A stretch of 64,000 nt of DNA from an uncultured bacterium (GTDB lineage Bacteria > Omnitrophota > Omnitrophia > Omnitrophales > Aquincolibacteriaceae). How positions within the stretch are numbered: the stretch's first letter is position 1; the number at the start of each line of letters is the position of its first letter. Both the position numbers and the translations under genes were made by a program. The notes below the pieces were generated by a model. It searched no databases and was not told where the DNA came from. It saw only the letters and a program-made list of their open reading frames with translations. The stretch covers positions 86,318 through 150,317 of the forward strand of contig CAYZYT010000001.1 of assembly GCA_964482725.1 (NCBI GenBank). The letters run 5' to 3'. Shown piece by piece: positions 12,201 to 19,992 of the stretch.

Positions 12201-15200
12201 GCGCAGACAAGATCTCTTTGGCGCGATCAATGATCGCGTCCCGGTCGGCCGAAAGATCCGGGTCCAGGTCCATCGTCTCCAGAGCACCGATGACGCTGGC
12301 CAGACTCACGGCGAGATTTAAAGCATCCCCAAAGCCATACTGGTTAAAACAATTCTCGTAGCGATAGACCGTTCGGGTTTGACCGGTCGGAATTCCAAAA
12401 TCATCCAGTACGGGTTCTTGCTGTTCCGCGATCCCGAAAAAAGCAACCATCCCATTCCAACCGACCTGCCGCTGAACCTCACGGTAGGTATCGAGCAGCT
12501 TCTCGAGTTTTTCGAAAGCCTGCTGGCGGGACATTTTTTCCGTTCTATGATCTCCCGCCGCGATCGACGCAAGGATCTCTGCCCAAAACCCCACAAGCGT
12601 CGACTGACTGTAATCGGACTGCCGATCACTTGCTCCGGTGTAATGATCCACCGGAAGCCCTGTCCCGGCATGAAGCCCCTTTCCATCCACAAAATAATCC
12701 CATTGCGTGTCGATCAATTGATCCCGGTAAGTGATTTCAGTTCCGGTCAAAGGTTCCGCGGGAATGGCGGACTGAAGCTGAACCGCCGGAAGAGTCTCCT
12801 CCCCAAACTCCACCATTTGACCTGTCGCCGTCACCTGCTTCACGATCTCGCCCTCTTCAATGAAAGATTGGGTCCCATCCCTGAAAAGGATCTGTCCGGA
12901 AAAAATCGTTCCGTTCGAGTCAACGGTCAACGCGCGAAGCTGCGCTTCATTAAGATCAATCTGCGGAATAAAGAATTTCCCCGCTTCAAACTCCGGAAGG
13001 TCTGTGGGTTCTATCTGAGCAGAGGCCTCATAGCTATATCGGAACGGTACCCCACGATTAAATTCCATATAACTTCCGTCCGGCCAAGAAATATTATTGA
13101 TTTCGGTCAAACGCTCCGTCATCCCCTGCTGATTTTTATATTCGTAAACATAGTAGGTTCGCCCGTCATCGGTACGAATGATATTGGGGCTTACACTTAA
13201 AAAGCTGGTAACACTGCCCTGGGCATCTTCACAATAAATGATCCTGGATCCCCAATAAACTTCCTTGAAACCATCCGCTTTGATCCTCGTAAAACCCGTA
13301 AGCCGGTTCCCGTCCCAAGTAAGCTTCTCTAAAAAACTCCCGTCGTTTAAAGAAATCTCCTGAAGCGTGGAACCCGTGATCTGGAAAAGAGTGCCGTCGC
13401 TCAGACGGATCGCGATTAATCGTCCCGTCGCATCGTAGGCCTGCTCGATCCCCTCGCCGCCCCAGGTCATGGAAAGGAGATCCCGGTCTTCGGAGATCTG
13501 GCTTTGAACGGACAAAAGCTCCCCGGACGCATTTGTAAAAGACGTGGGCAGACCGTTTTGAAGTTCCAGGATTTCTCCATTCCCCGAAAAAACTTTACGG
13601 ATCGTGCCTGTCGGATCATAGTCGAGGATGCCACAAATGTCCTCTTCAAGAGTTTCTCGGACCGAAGGAAAACGCGCGAGATCGCCCAAAATATCCTGGA
13701 TTGAAGAGGAAGTACTGGTCCCCGCACGTGTCACAGAAACTAATTCGGACCGGTAGCCGGAAAGCTGCGTTCCTTCGGTGAGGATGGAAATTTCATAATT
13801 AAAAACATTCCCCGCGGCATCAACGAAGCTTTTCAAAAAACCATCCTGATAAAGAATGGACGCGCCATCCGTTTTTTGGACCCAAACAGGCCTTCCTTTT
13901 TCGTCATAAAGGCTGGCCCCTCCTTCCTCAGAGCTCAGGATCGAAATAACTTTTCCTGTCCCGTCGAGCCGATAGCTAAATCGGAACTTTTTGGAATCTT
14001 CCTCCATCACATACGCCACGGTGCCGTCATCGTTATAAACCGTCTTTTCGCCTTGAGGGCTCATCCGATAAACAGATTTCCCGTTCTCATAAAGTAGTTT
14101 GTCGCCGTTAGAGAAAAGAAGAACACCCCCAGTAAGATTTTTTTCAGCATCGAACTCAGGAGCAAAAAGCGTGTATTCGCTGGGTTTTTCGATAGCCAGA
14201 AGCCGGTCGCTCCGATATTTAAGGATCAATCCATTCGCCGCTGTTAACGATACAATATCCTGCAGGAGTTTCGGGACCGCGGGCATGAGGGAAAGCGTAT
14301 TTTCCGGCTGGCTCCAAGTAACAACATGCTCGCCAAAAGCCGGCAGCGCCCCAGAGGAAGCACACACCATAAGCCGGTTCTCTCCTGGCTGAAGTTTCCA
14401 GAATTCCTCCTGCTCAATACCGTTCACGGTATAACGAAGCGTATACGGTGAATGGTCGGTCACAGACGCTGATAAGAACTGGATCGTAGGCCGAACCGGA
14501 GCTACCACAAACCGGATCGTATCCGAAAAAGAGCCTACGTTCCCTGCAGCGTCGAGCAACTGGCATAAAACTTCTTTGTCCCCCTCCCCTTCGGGGAGCA
14601 TCACCACCTTCATCGGGCTAAAACTTTCCCACGGAGTCCAGTTCGTACCGTCATCCACAGAAATCCGAATATCCGTCAGAGGGGCAACGTCCTCCGCCTG
14701 GACATGGAGTACTGCAACGCGGGAGACGGTCTCTTGATCACCGTCATTGATTCTAAGCATGCCGCGAGGCGGCACTTGATCCAGAAGGACCGTCACGGTC
14801 TTAACGGCCTTATTTCCGAACATGTCTTCTGCTTCTAAGGTCAGGGGATTAAGCCCCTCACGCAATTGCCGGATCTCGCTTTTTTCAACACCCTCCACGG
14901 CATAGATCAGCTTATACGCGGGATCATTAACAAAGCTCTCCGAAACAAGCGTTATCTCAGGCGGCGTCCGATCCAAAACGATAGCCCCATTGTTATAAAA
15001 ATCCTCATACGAGCCTTCGCTATAGGTAATACGATACCCTTCGGTGGCTCCGTTATTTAAAATGGGTTGCAGGGTGTTGGCAACATTAAAGGAACTCGCA
15101 CGACCCAAAGCTTTTGATAACGCTAGAGGTAGAAAAGCTCCGCGCGCGAAGGCCGGAGATTCTTCGGGAATCGAGTAATCCGCATGAACCGGATCCGTGA

Positions 15201-16689
15201 ACCCTGGATCCGCGAGCATGTTCCCGCCCGTCCAGCCTTCTCCGGACGGGGAACTGATTGCGGGAGGAAGATGCCGCCCGGATGCATCCCCCCGTTCCCG
15301 GTCATGGAATAGAACGTTCCCTTCGACGAACGCAAATCCTTGCGAAGTTGAAGCCGCCTCTTCCCAAATGGATTGAACGGTCTGATGCGAAATGATATTG
15401 TTCTGAAGGAAAGGCGCCTCGCCGTTCGAGACTTCAATGCCGATCTTCCCCATAAAACTTTCAGCAGCCCTTACGCGGTACCATCTCGCCGAAACATCAA
15501 AGGGATGTCGTTCGGTCGTCGAACCGTCATCGATCCAGGCCGTCGTTTTAGACGGATCTACAAAAACGCGTTGGTCTTCAAGCATTCCGGAGGATGTTTT
15601 CTGCTTGGCACGCTTCCAGGTAACGCCACAATCATCAGAATATTCCACAAAGTAAGAATAATTCTCTCCCGAATCCCCTACTTCGATGCGGAATCCCTGT
15701 CCGGGAAGATAGCGGAGGAGTTTGATCCTGGGCGTAGGCACTTTATCAAAGCCCGTCATAGTATTGTAGCGAACCACATTGTTCTTCTTAGGGCTCTTCA
15801 CCGCCACATTCGTCCCCCAAAAAACATTCTCCTCGATCAAGACATGCTCCGCTTGCACCGCGACATAAACGCCCGCACTGACATTGAGCTTGATCAGATT
15901 CCCGCGAACCTTGACATCATCACCTTCGACCCTAATCGCGCCGACACTTCCCTCGGATCCATCCCGCGCCCCCGTCACGGTCAGAGTTTCAATCCGATTA
16001 TTTCCGAGCGCTCGGATCACGGAGACACCCGTCACATAATCACCATGAAGGATCGTCCTCTGGGCATCCTCTCCCTTTAAATTCACGCCCTGTTTAAGAT
16101 CGAGATGCGCAAAATAGAGACCTTCATGGAGAAGCACTGTATCCCCGGCCACCGCCTGATCGATCACTTGCTGGATCGATTCGCCTTCATAGACGTGCCG
16201 TATCGTATCCCCTGCCTGAAGGAGCTCCATCCGGAGCTTTCCATCCTGGCTGTAGATTTTATTGGGGTCGTTCTGCAGGGAAGTGTTCTGCGCCGGGGAA
16301 AGCGGCGATGTCGCGTTTAAAAGAAAATCGGTTGTCATGTTCGCGGAGACGGCAGAGGGCATCACGTCCCGCATCGTTTCCACGACATCGGCTGCGGGCT
16401 GAACCGGCTCTGTCTGATACTGTCCATAAGGCATCAGGCTGTCCGCCAGCACCATCTGGTTCGAGCTAAAAATCAACACCATGCAAAATGCGACGGCCCT
16501 AAGCTGGAGGCGAAAACAACTTAGCACGCCCGGGGCTTGATCTTTACGTTCGTGATGTCGTAGACCCGTCCAATGGACTGCGCTTGCATGCTCGTCATTT
16601 TTCTTCACGTCATCCCCCTCTCTAAAAATTTTTGGCTGTCCCGATACTGTCACTTTCAACAAAGTTGAAATTGGGGCTGTCCAAGCCAC
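3274..16689 (-). CDS. Giant mosaic secreted protein (about 4400-4471 aa) with many distinct domains. The true start is probably internal, near 16527.
   Basis: Single uninterrupted ORF. Domains read from the translation, N- to C-terminus:
- Signal peptide (RAVAFCMVLIFSSNQMVLA-DS).
- Right-handed beta-helix repeats (...GDTVLLHEGLYFAHLDL...NVSAGVYVAVQAEHVLIEENVFWG).
- Ig/cadherin-like beta-sandwich region.
- YD/RHS-type repeats (YENGKSVYRM..., SYDTAGRLTKTE).
- An embedded (alpha/alpha)6 GH144/DUF3131-like domain (...NFLYAQAEYVNTQGIPGLLSAGD...), paralogous to ORF 25391..28171.
- A second YD-repeat block.
- Coiled-coil and DUF4214-like segment (FFRRILGRDASRQEFDEWVNRS).
- Papain-fold peptidase C39-like segment (SACGSSAGACTLRMIAHIGEDHFVMLEKV).
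- Cluster of glycine-zipper TM helices (AFWFIFFFVASLVLTAASGVV..., ILGYAALVAGILGIVAGLGGFIV...).
- C-terminal ~350-aa domain with an HSGN and GAGHDD hydrolase-like signature.

The ORF-track start at 16689 is a GTG that overlaps the conserved palindromic element, so the real start is probably downstream. Confidence 0.85.
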   Translation of the reverse strand: MAWTAPISTLLKVTVSGQPKIFREGDDVKKNDEHASAVHWTGLRHHERKDQAPGVLSCFRLQLRAVAFCMVLIFSSNQMVLADSLMPYGQYQTEPVQPAADVVETMRDVMPSAVSANMTTDFLLNATSPLSPAQNTSLQNDPNKIYSQDGKLRMELLQAGDTIRHVYEGESIQQVIDQAVAGDTVLLHEGLYFAHLDLKQGVNLKGEDAQRTILHGDYVTGVSVIRALGNNRIETLTVTGARDGSEGSVGAIRVEGDDVKVRGNLIKLNVSAGVYVAVQAEHVLIEENVFWGTNVAVKSPKKNNVVRYNTMTGFDKVPTPRIKLLRYLPGQGFRIEVGDSGENYSYFVEYSDDCGVTWKRAKQKTSSGMLEDQRVFVDPSKTTAWIDDGSTTERHPFDVSARWYRVRAAESFMGKIGIEVSNGEAPFLQNNIISHQTVQSIWEEAASTSQGFAFVEGNVLFHDRERGDASGRHLPPAISSPSGEGWTGGNMLADPGFTDPVHADYSIPEESPAFARGAFLPLALSKALGRASSFNVANTLQPILNNGATEGYRITYSEGSYEDFYNNGAIVLDRTPPEITLVSESFVNDPAYKLIYAVEGVEKSEIRQLREGLNPLTLEAEDMFGNKAVKTVTVLLDQVPPRGMLRINDGDQETVSRVAVLHVQAEDVAPLTDIRISVDDGTNWTPWESFSPMKVVMLPEGEGDKEVLCQLLDAAGNVGSFSDTIRFVVAPVRPTIQFLSASVTDHSPYTLRYTVNGIEQEEFWKLQPGENRLMVCASSGALPAFGEHVVTWSQPENTLSLMPAVPKLLQDIVSLTAANGLILKYRSDRLLAIEKPSEYTLFAPEFDAEKNLTGGVLLFSNGDKLLYENGKSVYRMSPQGEKTVYNDDGTVAYVMEEDSKKFRFSYRLDGTGKVISILSSEEGGASLYDEKGRPVWVQKTDGASILYQDGFLKSFVDAAGNVFNYEISILTEGTQLSGYRSELVSVTRAGTSTSSSIQDILGDLARFPSVRETLEEDICGILDYDPTGTIRKVFSGNGEILELQNGLPTSFTNASGELLSVQSQISEDRDLLSMTWGGEGIEQAYDATGRLIAIRLSDGTLFQITGSTLQEISLNDGSFLEKLTWDGNRLTGFTRIKADGFKEVYWGSRIIYCEDAQGSVTSFLSVSPNIIRTDDGRTYYVYEYKNQQGMTERLTEINNISWPDGSYMEFNRGVPFRYSYEASAQIEPTDLPEFEAGKFFIPQIDLNEAQLRALTVDSNGTIFSGQILFRDGTQSFIEEGEIVKQVTATGQMVEFGEETLPAVQLQSAIPAEPLTGTEITYRDQLIDTQWDYFVDGKGLHAGTGLPVDHYTGASDRQSDYSQSTLVGFWAEILASIAAGDHRTEKMSRQQAFEKLEKLLDTYREVQRQVGWNGMVAFFGIAEQQEPVLDDFGIPTGQTRTVYRYENCFNQYGFGDALNLAVSLASVIGALETMDLDPDLSADRDAIIDRAKEILSAQEPGYAAFYDPGKKRFHGAYGLDAGTRQWNFINNYYIDRVFNEFRTGMIWLAAKYPQYQDALKNLDIAIRPFKTQSGDTIDVATPYDGGAFQMFWPLIHADETQYPEFEVALRNFLYAQAEYVNTQGIPGLLSAGDVPLQGYQGKIGLPGAAETDDLLRTDTGSVYGTAAAFPLAPHYTLQFLKNMESHFPEMRTGAGFVDAIQLRKVSREDPQTGETVMSTVPVYSDQYYGVDQASFILSLLNTSRNYFQKYLGRTGVRSSFDALYQGLSFKLNPAIRTNLPPPDFGETVTPLYDGSSAMPDGLSAGLIKQQAFVPVLVDPEWGAGRVFNYLTPSGKFHHVEIEFGEGENLRRINLQEYCLSPKHAGSATALLGGLQRDILNRASSQGVFYTPGSGHLMSMLAMDLSLGEVRHLSFDFRSAGKPVGIWANYPGFDLSGYDFLSVPVKLSPGTPENVRLKFEFKGMGEVFLTGALSYDWQYISIPIPKPAGAMSQLAISIQPLDGNPIAGDLFLGPLSALKVRTSNEIQWELLLGRTETEIRALIQQKIIDQASYESGYAQKETLENFTVDSDGKLVQGVLRRADGGIQYFQKGQLVKWVFRNGRTVLFENGLATFVIDLARGKLETGRFYYDQSFRGEIRSFVVQDNDCKKIFDASGQLTTLVEDGYVVDFEQGQIHAIQTDTATLTDIVFADDGNLAKAHVALVGGGGFDIDQTGSQGTDVGGGVKVFYSKDLIEAIETPQNGITYFSYYLDPTGGRVTNAFARFFETVPDPQTGTSKTVSRYMKLSEYLQRPDRVIEKTHILEEPPVNVLERADAVVGFSAGTLPPGELTQAVEGDFGDGALARYQFNYQDLNGPVLGMSARHVATPVNIENYDFLTLTIKKDPSMDWNQTLQLTLKTSEQSTLYSFQVDATRSDYQTFDFPLVYKAGVEAEVTIEVFRQSSGVGKTGAFYIKDISYLALKKMDHPLWEGPAGILASKLKSLRIEFMQLTSVGAAIASKTPVVYPPLAELLDIPTVLNYQNVLEGDGELVNFKRLDGTQVELRGQNVSRMTLPDGTVHEYAVSGNSSQGTIGAPGETSTGGTINYHYGALQKIIQTDGREYLLFYEFDADGQEITVFKDGLSGEERRFKDGKLLSATDPDQLQTRYSYENGKLIGAQMTYNSRALNSTQYAFVGDGTQVTDERGTTWFYDSNGDLIKHLTKDGFLYEYSDYTQAPGPEASFSEEDLPARLFSATGLRAVNLIGYEAQDGSQVLFDFKRDGTGEVTLAGGGHGVNLSFDSDQNILSGQIQFPDGLILEIERSVPVRGRFPDGQLFTIALPEAETYELLQDEMDRWTGIRLKIGEWFFSYDTAGRLTKTESASGVTHTFSYVLDALGLVTGYTHFERSQIAFNGVPFPKEVKLVSDTTQKLFDESGQEIAQHEGNGFLFAVYKAGMNQWDLCAGSFGSSGDRARIKNFLLGIKPGEAVAMAVSDGSFSQAGNEILTLLEGLGAAQIRQASVSNSPWTFFGAQGLGMGQGREKTGVGFFSTVEERSETVVVSGETKPLFLNTPMLLNIPLAVPEAYSPFLERYQKLKVSQDTQSTTVYDAQGQIIYTSRIDGMKAYYEFGKIRETYNTVGDLVAVHEYECPVGGCQDSNEAVLKKITLVKARSDFEAESQRFQQQIEQAKFDAYYRLAGQDEAARLQIKESVEAGARQISTQIAVLQAQRFRNVKTCRSFVFWKSCHEETFEVPGIQDAINRLAGQRSELIAVGEMQLAEIPGAVASKKSEIEQATAEKRQELEQKKQEFLLDVLRQEIEPIITDFFRRILGRDASRQEFDEWVNRSKTAGRLDTETLRSELQNSSEKATREAQKAAILGAVQSFLEEYLTASLEVRAQLLQNLKLDPSEAVSLTRQDTEKILGWLRSRDLHFGQSAFLSLQAMLASKGVNVSMDVIAKEAILIDILTGVIHKFSEGDLLISLFALDRTAAIHARNFSAGKYTFEDLRSMYRSACGSSAGACTLRMIAHIGEDHFVMLEKVTDAEVTYREAGKGTDGESVTITKEQFLKVWVSEDNAGPLLVSEEQAILEKALSDQEAMEIRGAFWFIFFFVASLVLTAASGVVSIFSPAFGKILGYAALVAGILGIVAGLGGFIVQGMQAVFSSIAQQSVFETIKQGFLYISKMLWDSVTYVGRFFQNGFVFLKECFSGGLNAIGSGLIKVKDFLLAPAQAIIKEGVTTGYAFSFAQNVARQLVAAGLTIGVSKGLEGLGLDSRLTQLAGAFVGGGFLGLGSATSSFMHAGLQHLAMQGVSEIALRRGLAPPFANLLSLVATQSLTAFFDPSLTLKAGLLQIAPHMASQLTLGGLELVSRSMGFDPRLMRLLGSPIAAITENIAGAFLGNGSIDFNPSGIFGFIKEAVLSRETLGGVLSVSAEFLMARWGLDDSLLGSFSSRVVAGLFGDFIASPTRFSVVDSLIKSVDESIYHSLDPAMLAQLFGSIRDLGFSEGLEQYAIALFTREALQEFTGAGESLSQWIERGMPSADDIIYAGESAKLLKLAKNGKTINFIYVPRGTRLEIRAIYEEYSNGRKPRLIRWDVDEEGRIIQVIVEERMPDGTTRRDLLDPKGLVREISFRDWTGETYGRLSFNASGAIEFTNYNLGISHYLTADGRFTFDFSIAPDLQDLNPLFYNFNTNLSSESVAQLVAFIFGNGFWNTHQSPDAVPGLIMEFINDLKSDQAEKGTPGIVLFDSDGNIARDRHGNILTTSSLPVTLYEETSLVGNVFRWMADTWFGCNFMRDEIERELKSYVDLIELNQREFGLDPNMKFTHFSHSGNFQPMIEALEHMPDDYRSRIKTLVVYEGPYVGDAIIDDPYLETLVRVRGVKPGLAVPLLDQRDFKIVDENGNVTALPNQCNIEILGAGHDDFSYDSSFEYGSAEEREIARKTSLFMRELSLASSNVVQLFDLLNGGRMGVSYDDTRKVYSIDPILFESRLEG
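16651..16682. promoter_or_regulatory. Conserved palindromic element, copy 1 (CACTTTCA-N7-TGAAATTG-GGGCTGTCC), at the 5' end of the giant-protein gene
   Basis: Direct reading: cactttca acaaagt tgaaattg gggctgtcc. The same 32-bp architecture occurs at 25154..25185 and 52914..52945. An extra GGCTGTCC copy lies at 16634..16641. Confidence 0.6.
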
Positions 16690-16937
16690 CCTCTGGAAAA
16701 AGAAATCAAAAAGTTTGGACTGGCACGAACATAATCCCGGCGGGATGAAAAGGAAATCGAAAGGAGCGTGTTTTTTCGCGGAAAGATACTGAGAAACGCC
16801 TAGTGTCTATTAATGATAGAGGGCCCAAGGCGAACCGTATGCGAGGGGAACGAAGGGCAGTGAAAAGCCGTTTCTTCAGGGAAAGGGCAAAGCATGAACT
16901 CTAGGCTTCTATAGAAACGAGGACGCGCCGTACGGCC

Positions 16938-17135
16938 CTAAAGATGGACGCGGACGAGAGCGGGGACTTTCTTGGATTCGAGGAGGTCCATGATCTCGCT
17001 GATGTAGGTTTGAATATGCGGCGGGGGGTTGCCGTCAAAAAGGAGAAATAAATTCAAAAGGAAGCGACGAACTTCCGTCGCAAGTTTTTTATCCCTGATC
17101 TGCGCTAGGCGATATTCCAGTTCGTCCGACGACAT
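16938..17135 (-). CDS. Hypothetical small protein (65 aa) upstream of the giant gene
   Basis: ORF with an AAGGGAG RBS 9 nt upstream of the ATG at 17135. No recognisable family. Confidence 0.35.
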   Translation of the reverse strand: MSSDELEYRLAQIRDKKLATEVRRFLLNLFLLFDGNPPPHIQTYISEIMDLLESKKVPALVRVHL

Positions 17136-17394
17136 TTGTCGTTCTCCCTTTTCTACTAGAAACCTAACACCTTATTTCAACATTTACAAGTCATCCAAAA
17201 ATTAGAAATAGCAATACATAGCATTAGCTATCTTTTTGAGAAATTCATCGGAGGGGGCCGAAAAATTACGCTGAAGAAAATATCCGGCGGTCCGATAATC
17301 CCTTAGAAGATTTAATTCTGCCTTGCATTGATTGAGCATGAAGATCTGTATTCAGAACACGCAGCCCACGCGCCCTAAGAAGGAGTTCCAAGTC

Positions 17395-18771
17395 ATGATG
17401 AAAAAATTCCTCTCGTTCGGGATCCTTATCGCCTTTATTTCGATCACTCCCGCCCCCGCTTTCGCGGTGGGTTCCGGAGGATTTGAGAACGCTTCCTTCA
17501 GCGCCAAACAATTGGGATTGGGCTCCGCGGTCACAGCCACGCCGGATGAACCGGCGGCCATTTCGTATAACCCGGCCGGCATCGCGGACCTTCCAGGGAT
17601 TCAAGTTCAGGGAAACGCCAACTTCATCAGCTTTATGACATTCAAGAAAAATAGCGTCGAAGGCAATTCTCGCAGTACGGGGACACTCAACCTTGTTCCA
17701 ACCGGCTATATCACGATCAACCCCGGCAAGATCTTCCAAAATAAATTGGGACTTGGCATCGGCATGGATTCTCCATTCGGATTGAGCAACAAGTACCGGT
17801 CCAATGATCCGTCAGTCAAATATTCGGGGTATAGTAACTTCCTTAAGATGTGGACACTCAAACCCACGATCGCCTACAAGATCACCGACAAGATTTCCGT
17901 CGGAGGCGGCCCCATGTGGTACCGGGTCGAAGATTTCGGCGGCGTTCAGGCTTATCCCAGCGGCGCTTATCCCCCACCTTATGGGACAGGGGGAGGAAAT
18001 GGACAGGTCCGACTCAACACTTCTGGCAATCATTGGGGCTGGCAGATGGGTGCTTTGATCAAACTGACCCCAAAACACCGACTCGGTTATTATTTCCGGA
18101 GCCCTGTGGTCGTGAAAACGAGCGGCTTAGGAAAGGTGGAAAATTCGTCCATGGCCGGAAGCCCTGGGCGTTTTGAGACCGGCGTTTACACAAAACTTTC
18201 ACTCCCCATGAACATGACATGGGCCTACGCCTATCAGCCCACCGAGAAAACCCATTATGAGGTAGACTTCACCTGGTCGCACTGGAAGACACACAAACGA
18301 CTTTATTGGAACGTCGATCCCACAGGGAGTGTTATGGATGATGCCGTTATGAATGATATCCGAGAGGCCGATAAGGATTGGCGGGATAGTTTTGGCATTC
18401 AGCTCGGCGCGAGCCACAAACTCACAAAAAAGTTGACGCTCCGCGGCGGAAGCTGGTTCTACTGGACGCCGGTTCCCTATGATCATTTTACGCCTGCGGT
18501 TCCGGATGCCAATCACTGGGCCGTCAGCATCGGTGCGGGCTACGACATCAATAAATATCTGACCGCAGACCTTTGCTATTACAATTCTTTCTACTTCAGG
18601 CGGCACATCAAAAACCCCGCTGCCTATGTTGATGGGACCTACACCTCGTATTCCCAGGCCTTCACGATCAGCTTGACGGCAAAGTGGGACGATATTTTCC
18701 CGCGGTCGTTCGGGAATAAAGGGAATGAAGCGGCAGCGCCTTCGATCGATATGCCGGGGGCAACGAAGTAA
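17395..18771 (+). CDS. Outer-membrane hydrophobic-compound transporter of the FadL/TodX/OmpP1 family
   Basis: Signal peptide (MMKKFLSFGILIAFISITPAPAFA), then the FadL-family N-terminal signature (FENASFSAKQLGLGSAVTATPDEPAAISYNPAGIADL). Beta-strand-rich with a C-terminal aromatic residue. The AAGAAGGAG RBS is 9 nt upstream of the ATG at 17395; the ORF track extends to 17332. Confidence 0.75.
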   Translation: MMKKFLSFGILIAFISITPAPAFAVGSGGFENASFSAKQLGLGSAVTATPDEPAAISYNPAGIADLPGIQVQGNANFISFMTFKKNSVEGNSRSTGTLNLVPTGYITINPGKIFQNKLGLGIGMDSPFGLSNKYRSNDPSVKYSGYSNFLKMWTLKPTIAYKITDKISVGGGPMWYRVEDFGGVQAYPSGAYPPPYGTGGGNGQVRLNTSGNHWGWQMGALIKLTPKHRLGYYFRSPVVVKTSGLGKVENSSMAGSPGRFETGVYTKLSLPMNMTWAYAYQPTEKTHYEVDFTWSHWKTHKRLYWNVDPTGSVMDDAVMNDIREADKDWRDSFGIQLGASHKLTKKLTLRGGSWFYWTPVPYDHFTPAVPDANHWAVSIGAGYDINKYLTADLCYYNSFYFRRHIKNPAAYVDGTYTSYSQAFTISLTAKWDDIFPRSFGNKGNEAAAPSIDMPGATK

Positions 18772-18816
18772 TAAAAGCAGTATGGGGTAAGTAGAAAATT
18801 AAAGGGGTTTGACCCA

Positions 18817-18850
18817 GGGACGGTTCTCCTAAGGAGAACCGTCCCTTTTT
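18817..18850 (+). terminator. Rho-independent terminator between the convergent FadL-like gene and gpsA
   Basis: Perfect 13-bp stem, GGGACGGTTCTCC / GGAGAACCGTCCC, with a 3-nt loop, followed by TTTTT. Confidence 0.8.
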
Positions 18851-19892
18851 ACTTTTGCTGGAAGGAACTCAGGTCGAAAGCCTTCCACTCCTCGTAGGGT
18901 GTGCGCGCAAGAAGCGCTGTAACCACCTCTCCGGGATCTTTATCCTGGAAGAGCATATTGTAGACTTCATTCATGATCGGCAAGTGCAGGTTTTCACGCT
19001 CACAAAGTTGGTGCACACTTAAAGCCGTGTCCACACCTTCGGCAACCATCGCCATTTCCCCAAGAACGGTCTTGATCTTCCGGCCCTTGCCGAGCTCTCG
19101 GCCCACATGAAGATTCCGCCCGTGCTTTGAGAAACACGTCGTAATAAGGTCCCCGATCCCGGACAGCCCGAAAAAAGTGTTCGGATTCGCGCCGTGCTTC
19201 ACCCCGAGCCGAACGATCTCGTAAAGGCCTCGGGTGATCAGGCCGGATTTTGTATTGTCCCCGAATTTAAGGCCATCGCAGACTCCCGCCGCGATCGCGA
19301 TCACATTCTTGAGAGCACCACCGAATTCGACCCCGGTCAGATCCTTCTGGACATAGATACGAAATTGAGGATCTCGAAAATATTCCTGGATGTACTCAGC
19401 ATGTTTGGGGTCCTCCGAGGCCGCCACCGTCAAGGTGGGGATCTTGCGAGCCACTTCTTCAGCATGCGACGGGCCTGACAGAACGACGACCGGAAGATGC
19501 TTGCCCATGACTTCGCGAATGATCTCCGAAGGACGGAGGCAGGTCTTCTTTTCGATCCCTTTGGCAGTACTCACAAGGATCTTACCTTGAAAGGAAAGTT
19601 CCTTGAGCTTGAAAAGGACATTACGAAGATACTGCGAGGGAATGGCCAGCACGAGCACGTCGCCAAAATCAACCGCTTCTTTGAGGTTGGACGTGATCCG
19701 GAGGTTTTTGGGCAATTTCACTCCCGGCAGAAACTTGACGTTCTCGCGTTCCTCCTGAAGCACGGCCGCGTAATCCGCGAACGCGGACCACAGGATCACA
19801 TCGTTGCCACGGCGGACGTTCACGAGCGCGAGCGCCGTTCCCCACCCACCGTCTCCAAGCACTGTTACTCTGATGCTTTTCGCCATAACCAT
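18849..19892 (-). CDS. gpsA: NAD(P)H-dependent glycerol-3-phosphate dehydrogenase
   Basis: 347 aa. N-terminal Rossmann motif VLGDGGWGTALA, and GGALKNVIAIAAGVCDGL, characteristic of GpsA. Confidence 0.9.
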   Translation of the reverse strand: MVMAKSIRVTVLGDGGWGTALALVNVRRGNDVILWSAFADYAAVLQEERENVKFLPGVKLPKNLRITSNLKEAVDFGDVLVLAIPSQYLRNVLFKLKELSFQGKILVSTAKGIEKKTCLRPSEIIREVMGKHLPVVVLSGPSHAEEVARKIPTLTVAASEDPKHAEYIQEYFRDPQFRIYVQKDLTGVEFGGALKNVIAIAAGVCDGLKFGDNTKSGLITRGLYEIVRLGVKHGANPNTFFGLSGIGDLITTCFSKHGRNLHVGRELGKGRKIKTVLGEMAMVAEGVDTALSVHQLCERENLHLPIMNEVYNMLFQDKDPGEVVTALLARTPYEEWKAFDLSSFQQK

Positions 19893-19992
19893 CCTTCTTG
19901 ACTGTGATTACTTTATCATTCCCTCGCACAAGGGGCAAAGCTCAAAGAAAAACAAGTCCTGCGCACCTTGCGCTTTGCGCTTGGCTCTGTGG

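Noticed and set aside
3496-16320. Many long plus-strand ORFs (for example 4447..5115, 9604..10329, 12379..13200 and 15373..16080) lie inside the giant-gene region.
   Set aside because: They are antisense shadow ORFs of the 13.4-kb minus-strand gene. They have no RBS, odd composition (rich in Arg, Pro and Ser), and are fully nested in a clearly coding frame.
3274-16689. The giant protein might be a canonical Rhs/teneurin-type polymorphic toxin.
   Set aside because: YD-like repeats are present. I could not find the Rhs core-terminating PxxxxDPxGL motif or a recognisable Rhs shell boundary. I describe it as a novel mosaic rather than calling it Rhs.
17266-17739. A minus-strand 157-aa ORF overlaps the start of the FadL-like gene.
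   Set aside because: It is a shadow ORF opposite a well-supported outer-membrane-protein gene. It has no domain signal.
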